Source of the DNA: Malacoraja senta
Taxonomy: Eukaryota
Length of the DNA stretch: 64,000 bases
Assembly (NCBI GenBank): GCA_038087875.1
Contig: CM075990.1
Location: forward strand, 16,184,001 to 16,248,000
Reading direction: 5' to 3'
Shown here piece after piece: positions 11,939 to 25,605 of this stretch; the stretch's first letter is position 1; the number at the start of each line of letters is the position of its first letter. Below the pieces are notes generated by a model that searched no databases, was not told the origin of the DNA, and saw only the letters and a program-made list of their open reading frames with translations. The translations under genes were made by a program, and so were the position numbers.

Positions 11939-14900
11939 GTCTAAAATGCAAATCCTTGAGTGAAATATATAACATTATGAGAGGCATTGATAGGGTGGAC
12001 AGTAGGAACCTTTATCTCTGGGTGAAAATCTCAAGGACTAGAGGACATAGATTTACGGTGAGAGGGGCAAAATTTGAATGAGGTGCAGAGCAATTTTTTC
12101 ACAGAGAGTGGTGAGTGCCTGAAACATGGTGCCGGAGTGGTGGTGGAAGCAGATGTAATTGTGGCATAGGTTTTATAAAGGCACATGGATATGCAGAGAA
12201 TGGAGGGATATGGATCACATGCTGGCAGATTAGTTTAAATTGTCATCATGTTCGGCAAAGATATTGTTGGCTGAAGGGCCCATCTTGTGGGCTGAAGGGC
12301 CTGTTCCTGTGCTGTACTGTTCTATGTTCATATAACAGCTATTTAGGTTTTTATAATTCAGACCTGACCCAGGCAAATCTCCTTTTGAAAGTTTAACAAC
12401 AAACCATTATTCTTCTGGCTTAAGATATTATTTAAGAGATAAAAGAAACACCAGTGTTAGATACATTCTTGTCCTCAGGACATTCAATTCACTTCACAAC
12501 CAGTAAAACACTATTGAAGAGTAGGAGTGGTCCGAGTACAGAGAGGCATATTGGTCGAATTCCCTGAAGTGGTGAGATTAGTCTCCAGTTATCGCTGTCC
12601 ATGGTGTATGTTGAGCGTTATGTTGGCCTGCACTCTGGGAGTACTTCCCTGCTCTTCAGGTAATTGGTGTCAGTCCGCAATGGATGGTCTTTGTGTCAAT
12701 TCCTCTGCCCAGCAATTCAAAAGTTGATTGATGGTTCAGGAAGGCTGTAGGTTAACAGACCAAGGAGTGGTCAAATTCAAATGACTCCAACAACTGCACC
12801 ATTAAAGAGAGACACTTGCAGGAAAAATTTGACCATCAACACATTTTCACTTTAGATTCAAGTTCCATTATGCCCAGAGGTTGTTTATGGTTAACATGGC
12901 ATAGTAGCACATAGAAAACAATGTCATGACTTTAGAGGGCCATGAGGATTGGGTAAACAGAGAGAGGAAGGGAGCAGGGGATGGGATCGAAGGCAACACT
13001 AGCAGCAGCTTTGGACGCTGGTCGATTGGAGAGAACTTGAAGTGGCCTGATCCAAATTGGACTAAAGGCGCAAGTTTCGAGAAAACATCAAAAAGTGATG
13101 GAGGAGTGAAAGAAGCTGGAGGAAAAATGCTCAAGAGTTGGAATTAGGGGCAGTGGTTTTCTTGACATTGAGATCTGCCCTTGGGTAAACAGGGTGTATT
13201 TCTGATGCCTGCAGGTAACATCACATTCAGATAAACAGTAAACTGTTGGAAGAAGGAGCAATAAACATCATAGGAAGACACAGGCTGCCTGGTGAATTAG
13301 ATGTGTGTATCGCAGAATATGTTTAATGCAGAGAAGTGTGAAGCAATGTATTTTGGAATGACATCTGTTTTTGGTATCATTTTAAAGGGTTTTGATGGAA
13401 TGCATTGGGTAGATAAGACAGCAAACAAGGGACATGAGTTTAAGGCAAAATAGCTGGAAATAAGGAATTTTCATTTAGCATGAAATGATTACGAGAAGAG
13501 GTAAATATTTGCTGTGGAGAAAAATGCAAGAAAATGTGGATAAAGCAGGAAACATGTTAATTGTCATTAGCTCTTTTAAGAACCAACATGGACCTAATGG
13601 GCCAAATGGCCTCCTACTATGATGCCTGATTGATCCCTAGAAGTATTATTGTGAGTATTTTATAAATACTTATTTACCTTTTGATGAAGTGAGGTCAGGG
13701 TGAATTTGGATGGAATTGTAAACTCTTTTTGATTTATTGGTTGGTTTTAACAAATAAATGGGATTAGCATCGTTGAACAATGGCTTCAGTAGTCAATAGT
13801 CATCATAGAGACATACAGCACAGAAAGAGGCCCTTTGGCCCAACTCGTTCATGTTGACCAAAGTACTCTACACTATTCCCACTTATTTCATCAATGAAGC
13901 CACAGCATGTGGAATTTTCCAAATTTGCACGTAATACCAAGTTTTGGAATAAATAGGATGATTACACAAAGGAGCTACAACATTTTTAAACCCAGGGTTG
14001 GAGGTGAGAGTGTGGCATCATGAAATATTACAGAGCAGAAACAAGGTCTTCATCCCATCAAGTATGTATTGGTTGCTTTATCCATGTAGACACCCATGTT
14101 CCCATCCCACTACTCTCATGCTCACGTCTCTTTCCAGTTTGCTTCAGACAATTAAAATGTATTATGCACCCTTCTTTGCCAAAATTCCACCTTCTAATCC
14201 TATGCAATGGGAAATACGTTTACTTTCTGGAACAGCCATGTCGAGTGGTGTTGAATTATGGATAATTGTGTGATAAGATTCATATTTGCAAGTAGTTCCC
14301 ACAACCTTCAGGAAAAAAGGTACTTATTCTGTAGGTAGCATGGCCCAGAACTCCAGTCTCAGGGGCTGAAGGTATATTCTAAGTCACTCCATTTTCCAAT
14401 TCCATGGTGTTGAAATTTAAGGATGCATATTGGATTAAATTCCTTGGGATGTCCGATCTAACAGACAGGACAATCATATGGCAAATGACGATCTTGTTAT
14501 TTCAGTTATCACTAAATATCCATTAAGCAACTTAAGTGCTTTATTTCTCACCAAAATCTACAAGATCTAATGTAGCTGGGGGCTAGGATACAATCTAACA
14601 ATGGTCAATGATGGTAGTGGCCTCAAGGATCACATATTCCGATGAGTTTGAGTTCCAATAAAAAGTGATCAATAGACAATAGACAATAGGTGCAGGAGTA
14701 GGCAATTTGGCCCTTCGAGCCAGCACCGCAATTCAATGTGATCATGGCTGATCATCCACAATCAGTACCCCGTTCCTGCCTTCTCGCCATATCCCCTGAC
14801 TCCGCTATCCTTAAGAGCTCTATCGAGCTCTCTCTTAAAAGCATCCAGAGAATTGGCCTCCACTGCCTTCTAAGGCAGGTTGAAACACTCCAGGATAACA

Positions 14901-15742
14901 ATTATATTGCATCTGTGGCAAAGCGCAAAGAAGTAGAGACAAGCCATCAGAAGCAATCTACAGCTTAATTCAGTACATGGAGAAGTATGAAGAGAAAAGT
15001 CACCAGCAGACTTAGGAACAGCTTCTTCCCCTCTGTTATGAGACTGAATGGCCCTCATAAGCTGGGATACTGCCCTTTTCACCTCCAGCCAATGGCAGAG
15101 ATTAGACATTGTCTACATTGCTGAGAAATATATTCTGCATTCTGTATCATCCCCATTGCTCTACCTATCGCACTTGAGTTGGACTTGATTGTATTTATGT
15201 ACAGTATTATCTGAACTGTTTGGAAAGCCTGCAAAACAAAGCTTTTCATTGAACGTGAAAATAATAACCCTAACTCTAAACCCAAGATTCTTTCTACATT
15301 ATGCAACGTGGTTACTCCTTAAGTCTAGGTGTTTTAAACCTTTAACTGTTTAAAACAAAAATGGAAGTTTAAGTCTCCAATATTTGCGCTGTATACATCC
15401 AACTCTGGGGGGGAAAAAACAAAGGCAACTTTAATGCATAAAAAATACACAGCTGAAATTGCACTGTTATTAAGTAAAGAAACCATGACAGAAGTTACCT
15501 TTTGTATTTCAGAGCTGCAGGGATTTTGATGGAGTAATTCCTCTCACGTGGTTATGGCATAAAGGCTTATGGCACATGGAGCTAAGATTCTTTATTTTAA
15601 CAGTTATAGTCAGCCAATGCTTTGCAAATGAAAGTGGAGTATGCATCACCATGAAACAAAGAACAGAGGTTCAGCACAAACTGTGCCACAGAGACAATAT
15701 AAGATCTTATACAAATGATAACAAATTGTGATTAGAACTTAC

Positions 15743-15895
15743 GGAAGGCGTTGACATATGCGGAAGAATTAATCTTTATTCCAGTACAACAGATAACCAT
15801 GTCTGCTATGATCTCGTGCCCCTTGTTTGTTAGCACTTTAATGTCTTTCAGGGCCTTATTCAGGTCTAGTTCTGACAGGTTATTGACTTTATGTC
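15743..15895 (-). CDS. AIFM2: AIFM2/FSP1 copy B, coding exon 6
   Basis: 153 nt, aag|GA...TTCC|gtaag; HKVNNLSELDLNKALKDIKVLTNKGHEIIADMVICCTGIKINSSAYVNAF. Confidence 0.95.
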
Positions 15896-16819
15896 CTTTT
15901 GGAAAGAACAAAATGCAAAATATAATGTGATTCAGATTGTCAGATAATCTTGCCCCTTTTTAGCTAATTGCCATTTTCTGGAACCAATAAAGATGAATGT
16001 TCTTGTGGGAATAGCAAGTGTCTCTGAGCCGTCGGTATAATTTTTATCTCAAATTGGAACACCGGTCGTAATAATGTTAGTGCGGGAACATAGAGTGTGA
16101 AACTGGAGAAGACAGACTAGCGAGAGAGGAGGCTCGAGAGACAGTACATGCTGGAATCTTGAGTAGAAAACAAAATGGTGGAAGAACTCAACAGGCCAGG
16201 CAGCATTTTAGAGGGGAAATGGACAGACATTTCAGGTCGAGACAGTTTGAAAAAGGGACCCATCCCAAAATCTTGCCTATCAATTTCCTTCCATGGGTGC
16301 TGCCTGACCTGCTGAGTTCCTCCTTACGTAGTTTCTTGCATTAGAGATAGATGCTGTATCTCTATTTTTTCCTTGGCTTGTTGTCAAATATCAAATATCA
16401 AATATAGTGGCCAGCTTTCGGAACAGGGCGCCATTTGGAGAGGCATGGAGATAGTCCAGTATTCTCACTTGGCTGAGCAAAGGCATGTGGTAGAGTCAAC
16501 CGCAGCATTAAAAAACTACAAAGTGCTGGAGTAACTCAGAGGGTCAGGCAGCCTCTCACGGTGACGTTACGGGTCAGGACCTTTCTTATCAAAATTATCT
16601 TTCAAAACTGCAGGATCAATTTCAAGGTGATCTTTCCATTGTGGGTGGAGTGGTATTTCACAATGGCTCTTTCAAAGGATCAGACACAAACATTGTTCAC
16701 AAAGAGAACATATCGTGAATTACAGGGCAACACGCAACAAGAAATATCTCTGCAAATCTTATTGTTACCGTCTTAACCAGAAATAAGTTAAGAGGGTAGC
16801 AAAATGTTTTGAAGCAATA

Positions 16820-17352
16820 CATTGTGTTACAGTTGTACAGTGAGGCCACATTTGAATGACTGTGTCCAGATTTGGACACCCTGATATAGGAAGGATGTAT
16901 TTAAGCTGGAAAGAGCAGAGCAGATTTATGAGGACGTTGCCAGGACTTGAAGGGCTGACTTATAAGAAGAGGCTGGGCAGATTAGGACTTTATTCCTTGG
17001 TGTGCAGGAGGCTCAGCGTGATCTTATAGAGGTGTATAAAATCATGAGGCCAATAGATAGGGTGAATGCACAGTCTTTTATCCCGGGTAGGGAAATCAAA
17101 ACCAATTTGGTTTAAGGTGAGAGGGGCAAGACTTAATAGAAACCTGAGGAGCAAATTCTTTACTCTTAGGGTGGTGGGTATATGGAATGAGCTGCCAGAG
17201 GAGGCAGGTACAATAACACCATTTAAAAAACATTTGGACAGGTACACGGATACCTTCGAGGATATGAGCCAAATGTGGGTAAATGGAACTAGCTTATATG
17301 AGGCATTGATGAGATGGGCCGAAGGGACTGTGTCCATGCTGTATGACTCTGT
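16820..17352 (+). mobile_element. CR1/HER1-like 3' fragment (others at about 1280-1700, 11960-12330, 19300-19640(-), 36120-36760, 48085-48420, 58270-58645, 63000-63345)
   Basis: FFTLRVVGIWNELPEE...FKKHLDRY C-terminus and conserved 3' tail. Confidence 0.8.
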
Positions 17353-17861
17353 GCCTCTAAGTTTTAAAGCTAAAGCATTCTTCTCTTTTCCAAATGTGTG
17401 TTAATTTATTATGTACACTACTTTCAGAATTACACGACCAAAATATTATGGTAGAAAGTATTTCTTAAGAGCACATAATCAATTATATTTCACTGCACAT
17501 TTCCTCTAAGTGAGTAATGTTTAACATGTCCCTATTTGTTATGAATTGGAAATATGGATCAACTTTATAAAAATATATTTAAAAAATAATAAATCTAACA
17601 TTGCTGCTCAAATATTTTCCATGGCTACAGAAGATCAACGTGTTACAGTTATATAAGACATTAGTGAGGCCACATTTGAATTACTGTGTTCACTTTTGGT
17701 CATCCTGATTTAGGAAGGATGTATTTAAACTACGCGGTGCCACATTTCCATTGAGACACTAGGTGTAAGTCTCATTAGGTTCATTACATTGACTAATTTA
17801 ATCATTCTTGAAAGTAGCAACTTTAACCCTACAATATATCGTTGATAGATATAACATTTAC

Positions 17862-17970
17862 CTAATAGAAGGTGGGCCCCTTTATTCACAAGAATATCTT
17901 TTACTCCTCGCCTAACACTGGGTAAAACCTCAGAGTCGCCCAGAACATAAGTGGAATGAATTAATGTTAC
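17862..17970 (-). CDS. AIFM2: AIFM2/FSP1 copy B, coding exon 5
   Basis: 109 nt, cag|GTA...TTAG|gtaaat; VTLIHSTYVLGDSEVLPSVRRGVKDILVNKGAHLLL. Confidence 0.95.
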
Positions 17971-18962
17971 CTGGAGAGAGAGAAAAAAAAGAAGAGATGG
18001 TTAAGTCTGTTACGCAAACATTCTCCAGTTTAATTTCCTGCGTGCCATGTTTTGAGTGAAGTGTTTGATGACTGTGCAATAAATTTCCACCACTTATCAA
18101 CAGAATCAAGGAGTAAGGCATTCGCCCCCCAAAAGCAGTAATCAGTGCACTAAGGTTAGCACATGAAAGGATTTAAATATTTCGCACTCAAATTAAAAAT
18201 GGTGAATTTATTTTGCAGCAGAATACTGTAGAGGCTGGAAATCTGAAATAAAGTGTTGGAAAGTCGCTTGGCCATCTCATGGGAACGATTGAAGGAAGAT
18301 AGACACAAAATGCTGGAGTAACTGAGCGGGACAGGCAGCATCTCTGGATAGAAGGAATGGGTGAGGTTTCGGGTCGAGACACTTCTTCTAACATTTTGAA
18401 GTTGTGAGAATGGGTGATTGATGGTTGACGTGGCCTCAGTGAGCCAAAGGGTCTGCTTCCACGTTTCATCTCCAAACTAACCAGAAACACGAACCATTCA
18501 ACGGGTTCTATGTGACCTGAGGATTATTTCCAGCATTTGCTGATTTTATTTCTTTTTTTTTCTGTCCTTTTGTGCATAAGGTATGAATGAAAATAATGTG
18601 TCTGTCTAACCAGCAGTCTGGAGGAAAATCAAGGTGTCTTGTATCTATTAATGTAACTGGCTTGGTATAACTATAAATTGTCCCTAGTGTGTGTAGGATG
18701 GTGTTAGTGTGGGGGGATCACTGGTCGGCACAGGCTTGGTTTCCGCTCTGTATCTCTAAACTAAACTAAAGTAGGTATCAATGTAAAACATATTTTACTC
18801 CCATTGCATGCTGATTCTCAACTCCCTCTCCTATCGGTCTGAACATCAGCAATTCCCTTCAGAGTGTCTGGCCACAGCCAGGAAGATTTATTCGGTGTTT
18901 ATCCCAGTGCTTGACATTCTCAGCAGACTAGATGGCATTGATGTGATGAGGCTGACAGTGAG

Positions 18963-19053
18963 GGTACACAAAAATGCTGGAGAAACTCAGCGGGTGCAGC
19001 AGCATCTATGGAGCGAAGGAAATAGGTAACGTTTCGGGTCGAAACCCTTCTTC
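18963..19053 (-). mobile_element. Penelope-like terminal-repeat insertion with hammerhead core (19028-19055)
   Basis: 14-bp TSD AGGCTGACAGTGAG at 18949 and 19054. Confidence 0.8.
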
Positions 19054-21792
19054 AGGCTGACAGTGAGAATGAGTTGGGCTCTGAGCCATCAGGAGACGTT
19101 AACATTGCACCTGAATCCCATGGCATCTTGTCCAGACTAATGATGCTGCAAGTGCTTACAGTGTTCGTTGGGTGGAAACTGTTGAGAGAGTGAGAGCGTT
19201 GGTATGGGAGAGGATGGATTAAAGCAAGAAACTTGAACGGAATTTAGCTTGTTGAAATTGTTTTGTTTGCTATATGTTATCTGTGAGTATTGTCAAAGAT
19301 TCATAGAGTCATGCGACACAGAAACAGGTGCTTTGGCCCAACTCGTCCATGCTGAACAATGAGCCCCATCTAAGCTGGTCCCATTTGTCTGCATTTGGTC
19401 CATGTCCTTCTAAACCTTTCCTATCCGTGTCCAAGTGTATTTATAGTACCTGACTCAACTACTTCCGCTGGCCGCTCGTTGCATATACTCTTCACCCTCT
19501 GTCCAATCACTCTATTTATTCTCTTCATGATCTCATACACCTCTATAATATCACCCTTCAGCTTCCTGCATTCCAAGGAATAAAGCCCTAGTCTGTCCAA
19601 TCTCTCCCTATAGCTCAGCCCCTCAAATCCTGGCAACATCTCGTGAATTTTCTCACAGAGAGTGGTGAGTCTGTGGAATTCTCTGCCTCAGAGGGCGGTG
19701 GAGGCAGGTTCTCTGGATGCTTTCAAGAGAGAGCTAGATAGGGGTCTTAAAAATAGCGGAGTCAGGGGATATGGGGAGAAGGCAGGAACGGGGTACTGAT
19801 TGAGGATGATCAACCATGATCACATTGAATGGCAGTACTGGCTCGAAGGGTCGAATGGCCTACTCCTGCACCTATTGTCTATTGTCTATTGTCTATTGAA
19901 TCCTCTCTACTATTGAATCCTTTCCATTTTAATGACATTGTGTTTACAAGCCTGTTATGCTGCTGCTGAATTTCAGTGTTCTGTTTTCGGTACATATGGC
20001 AATCAAACCTTCTTGAAAGCATGAATATCAATATGGCCACTGCATAAATGTTAGTCATTTGACTGTTTGCAACTGTTCTGATCGAGAAGCAGATTAGCAG
20101 ATGGAACAGGTGTCTGCTGAGAAAATGTAATTAGTTATATTTTCCAAACTAAAATCTGCGGAGCAGTTTCATAAAATTTATTCTGTTATCATCTATTAAA
20201 CTTACAACCAAAATGAACCAGATTTTCTTATCTGAAAATACCGCAATAATTCCACTTGCAAAACAAAATGTTGGTCACAATTTCCCTCAAAGCTGCAGGA
20301 ACTCCTATTTCTGGAGCAAATCCAGAAGACTTCAATAAAAAAAGTTATGGAAAGAATAGTTTCCTTGCAAATTGCCTTTTAAAAGTCTCTGAGCAATCAT
20401 TGTATTGTTGGCATGCTGTGGCGTAAATTAATTGAGGTCTTTAAAATAATGAAAGGTTTTGATAGAGTGGCTGCAGTGAATATGTTGGCATATTCAAAGC
20501 TAAAGTCCATGGATACAAGAGAGTTATCAAGAAATCGTGGAAGGATGTCAGAAGCAGAAATCAAACTGCAGGAGGAACTCAGCAGGTCAGGCAGCATCTA
20601 TGGAGGGAAATGGACAGACAACATTTTGTGCTGGGACCCTTCTTCAAACTTTTTGCTGAACACGTACAGTGCCAGAGACTTGAGTTCATTTCTGACCTCA
20701 AGTGTTGCCTGTGTGGAGTTTGCACCTTCTCCCTGGGACCAGTTTCATCCCACATCCCAAAGATGTACATGTTTGTAGGTTAATTGGCCACTAAGTTGCC
20801 ATGAGTGTATAGGAAGTGGATGGGAAAGTGGGAACTAGTGTGAATGGGTGATCAATGGTCAGCATGAACTTGATGGGCTGAAAGGCCTGTGCCCATGCTG
20901 TATCTTTCTGTCCAGGCTAATCTTTGATTAATACGCGTGTCTGAGGTTATGGGGAGAAGACAGGAGATTGGGTTTAGGAAGGAAATGGAGATTAGGCATC
21001 ATTAACTGGTGGAGTAGACTTGATGGGCCGAATGGCCTAATTCCACTCCTGCCACTTATGACCTTAAGCTCTTTCAATCATTTCAATTAATGTCACTTGT
21101 GCCTCTAGGATTTTCCAGAAGACTTATTTTGCCAAAATGCCAAATCGACATTTCTAGCACAGGAAAGATGAAGTCCGAAGCAGGGTCTCGACTCGAAACG
21201 TTGCCTATTCCTTCTCTCCATAGATGCTGCCTTACCCGCTAAGTTTCTCAAGCATTTTTGTCTACCTTCGATTTTTCCAGCATCTGCAGTTCTCTCTTAA
21301 GCAAATAAAAGTGAAGCGGAGGCTGGGCAAACAGTGAGGGAGGCGGGAACAGAGGGTTAGGCTGTTAGATTTAATTCAGGAAAGATAGGAGAAAGAGAGG
21401 AACAGGGGTAGTTGGAGTAGCACTCCATTTTATAAGTCATTGCCTGCAAGAGATTACTTGGAGAACCAGATGGAGACCAGAATTAGTCACCTAGAACAGC
21501 AGGCAGCCTCTCCAGAAATAGTGGCTAATCACACCACAGATTAAACCCCACTTATTGTGGCACAGATGGCCCAGTGAAGTCTGAGATCATTGTTGTTGAC
21601 TACATCTGCGCTGGAGTTGTAATGGCCAAAGATATTTTCATTTGGCAGCCTTGCAATTGATCAGTGCTGCAGTTGTCTACACCAGGCTTACTGGGTTGAT
21701 GGTCTAAGCTCAAGAAAACCCATTCATTGTGCCCTGGACTGGCTCCAGAACAAATGAACAGGAAAGTTTGAACTGAATGCTGTTGTAAATCT

Positions 21793-24700
21793 TAATTCAA
21801 TTCAATTCAATTCAAAGCACTTTATTCGTCCCCGAGGGGCAATTTAAGAGGGCGTATTACAGTAGCTTTTTTTTTTAAAAAGGGACACAATCAACAAACA
21901 TAAGCAGCACGCATACTGCACAATCAACCAACACACGCATTTCACAGACACACTGCACAATCACACAAGACACACAGCACATCAACATTCAACACATAGT
22001 AATAGTTTTTAAAGTGCTTCCTTAGTGCTTCAATTAAAAAGTGCATATAGAAGGTTATTTCATTTCATATGTTCATGAGTCAGTGATCAGCATTAAGAAG
22101 CTGGACAGCCCTGGGGTTTAAGGTTGCCTTCCTCCTCTGTGTCCGGCAACCCGGACAGCGAAGTCTGCGTCCTGAGGGGAGCCACTCAAACTCAGGAAAC
22201 AGGATGTGAGAGGGGTCCTGAAGAATCCTGCGTGTTAACTTTACAGACTGTTGGTCGCATAGGGCAGTGAGAGTTCGGACGGGCTGCTCAATGATTTTTG
22301 AGCAGACCTTGACCACATTCAACAGGCGGTTTCTGTTTTGCAGGGTGATGGAGTGGAACCAGCTAGTGAAAGAGAAAGTTATTACATTTTCAATGTATGC
22401 GTAGTAGAATGTGGTGAGAATGTCTTTGTTAATCCCAAATGACTTCAGCTTCCTGAGTAGGTACTGTCTCTGATGGCACTTTTTAAGGATTTCCTCTGTG
22501 TTAGAGGAAAACCTTAGCAGGTTGTCGAAGGCTGTTCCCAGGTTTTTGTATACCTCCACTATCTCCACTGGCTCCTGCTGGATGATAGTGGTGGCTGCCT
22601 CAGCCATCTGTCTCTGTTGGGGGGAAAAGGTCACAATCATGTCCTTGGTTTTGCTTATATGTAGCTCAAGACAAGACTTTTCACACCATACTATAAAGGC
22701 CTGCAGGGCTGAGCTGTGATGTTGTGTATGGCTGGGAAGCAGAGACAGGAGGACTGTGTCATCAGCAAATTTTACAAAGAGGCGGTTTGGCTGGGTGGAT
22801 CTGCAGTCATCAGTGTAGAGAATGAAGAGAAGTGGGGAGAGGACACAGCCGTGTGGAGAGCCAGTGAAAGTGAAGAGGGTGTCGGACAAGGTATGGTTCA
22901 CCAACACCCTCTGTGATCTGTTGGTGAGGAAGTCTATAATCCACAGAGTGAGTTGGTGGTTGAAGGTGGAAGCGGGTGATGAGCTTCTCAGCCAAAATAT
23001 GTGGCTGCATGGTGTTGAATGCTGATGAGAAGTCTGCAAACAGAAGTCTGGCTGTGGTCTTGGGGATTTCCAGATGCTTATGGATGGTGTTTAAGATGAA
23101 TATCTTTGCGCCATCGACACCCCTGCCAGCCTGGTAAGCAAACTGCAATGGATCCATCATCGAGCCAGTTGCCTTGGTGATGTGCTCCTTGATAATCCTC
23201 TCCATGGCCTTCATGACCAGGGAGGTGAGAGAACACCTTGGTGGTGCCCTTCTTTGGGATGGGAATCACTGTTGAGTTTTTCCACATCGCGGGGACTGTG
23301 CTGCTGGTCAAAGAGCCCTGGAACAGATGCTGGAACACACCTCCCAGCTGCTCAGCACGGTGCCATAGGGTCTGCCCACAGATGTTGTCTGGCCCTGGAG
23401 CTGTGTTCTTTTTAGTCCTTTTGAGGGCTCTCACCACCTCTGATGTGTTGATGTTGAGGCCGGAGTCATCAGGTCTGAGTGTAGAGACGATTGATTCTAG
23501 CTGGGTGCTGTTGTCCTTTTCAAATCTGGTATAGAAGGAGTTGAGACCATTCGGGAGTGAAGTGAAGCTGCTTCCTGCAGAATTCACTTTAGAGACAGAG
23601 TTCACTGCTGCCATGTTCTTGAGGCCCTGCCAAGCTGCACGGAGGTTCCCTTTTCCAAAGGTCTGCTCCACTTTGTTCTTGTATTTCAGCTTGGCAATTT
23701 TTATGGCCCGCTTGACCTCCCTGTTTACCTCCTTCTTCTCAGCTACAGAACCGGTAAAAAATGTTCTCTTTTTCTTATTCAATATGTTTTTTAGATCTTT
23801 AGTCACCCAGGGTTTATTGTTAGGGAAGGTACACAAAAATGCTGGAGAAACTCAGCGGGTGCAGCAGCATCTATGGAGCGAAGGAAATAGGTAACGTTTC
23901 GGGCCGAAACCCTTCTTCAGACTGATAGAGGAGGAGAACTTCTTCAAAGTAGGCATACCTTGACGAGATTTCGCAGTGGAGTAGACAAAGTGTTAAAGAA
24001 GGAACTGCAGATGCTGGAAAATCGAAGGTACACAAAAATGCTGGAGAAACTCAGCGGGTGCAGCAGCATCTATGGAGCGAAGGAAATAGGTAACGTTTCG
24101 GGCCGAAACCCTTCTTCAGACTGATAGAGGAGGTTGTTTATTGTTAGGGAAGATTGTGACCTTCTTGGAGGGGATAATATTGTCTACACAGAAAGTGATG
24201 TATGCTGAGACTGTATCCGCTTGCTCACTGGTGTTGGTGGAGGAGGATGTGAGGGTATTCCAGTCTGTGGTTTCAAAACACCCTTGAAGCCTGTCAAAAC
24301 TGTCCGGTGTCCACTGTTTGATGTCCTTTCTCTGTTCTCTTTACCACAGGTGTATAGGCAGGAGCGAGCAGTATGCTGCTGTGGTCAGCAGAGCCTAGGG
24401 GAGGGAGGGAGACGGCTCTGTAGGCGTCTGGGACTGACCCATAGCATTTGTCCAGTGTTTTCCCTAGACGGGTGGTGCAATTGACATACTGGTAGAATCC
24501 TTTAAGTGACTTGTCAATTGAACAGTGATTGAAGTCACCCATGATGAATTTGGGGGCGTCCGGAGATATCAGTTCGAGTCTGTCGAGCATATTTCTTATA
24601 TGTTCCGTAGCAGTGGATGCATTTGCTCTGGGGTGGATATAAACCAGAATAAAAAACAGTTGTAGGAATTCCCTGGGAAGGTAGAAGGGACGCAGGGAGG

Positions 24701-25605
24701 CAGCCAAGAGTTCAATGTCAGGGTTGCACAGTTCTTCTCTGACAACAACTGTTTTGCACCAGCGTGGATTGATGTAGAGGCAGACACCACCGCCATGGTG
24801 CTTGCCAGTCAGTTCAGTATCACGGTCTAACCTTACAGGAGACCCAAAGCCATCTATGTGCATGCTGTCACTGTTGTCACTCCCAGTCAGCCATGTTTCA
24901 GTGAAAGCAAGAATGGAAGCAGTCCGGTATTCGTACATGTGAAAAACGTTAGCTTGCAGTTCATAAGTCTTGTTACGCAATGAGCGCACATTAGCAAGGA
25001 TCACTGAGGGAAGTGCACGGTGCTTACTTTCTCCTCGCCTAAGTCTTGCTTTAATTCCACCCTTCTTCTTCCTCCCCCATCTCGTTACCTTCTTCCTATT
25101 GTTGTGCAGGGTGCCTGTCCGGTCGGTTGGGAGTTTACATTGTAGCTCCTCCGGCAACTTGTCTATGGCAGGGGCTTGGTGAGAGTGAAATTGCAGCTGA
25201 AGTAAAAAGTCACTGCAGTAAGTAATCCGTTGGTTGTCCGGAAGAGTATATCCATATGATGCAGTGGGCAGATAATCCAAGACGAACAGTAGAAGCATAA
25301 GAGTCCATAGTGTCCATGTGAAGTCCATACTTTGGAGCAGTGAATGCAAAAAGCTAGCTGGCTAATTAACGTTAGCTCGTTGGTCCGGTGTGTGTGTGAG
25401 GTAGTGGCAGTGTCCGCACAACCACACCACGAAAGTACTGAACTATACGGCAGCAGTTGACCGTCAATCGATACCCGATATACTTAAAACGAAACAAAAC
25501 ACTCTCACAAACTCACGTAACGTAACGTAACGAAAAGACAAACATTCAAAGCTACTCTCTGCACCGACAGGTCGACCGCCCGAGCAGTGACCCGGAACCG
25601 GAAGC
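21793..25605 (-). mobile_element. Near full-length Rex1/Babar-like non-LTR retrotransposon (APE plus RT), frameshifted and interrupted, in an AIFM2-B intron
   Basis: APE motifs NVRSL, FTETWL, GGGVC, GDFN, DH (24294-25349); RT motifs PGPD, QFAY, DFSSAFNT, GCVLSPLLF, KFADDT (22080-23836); AATAAA plus (TTGAA)n 3' tail. Confidence 0.9.
23829..24135 (-). mobile_element. Tandem (199-nt period) hammerhead-bearing Penelope-like repeat nested in the Rex1-like LINE
   Basis: Identical cores at 23893-23920 and 24092-24119; 17-bp TSD GTTTATTGTTAGGGAAG at 23812 and 24136. Confidence 0.8.
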
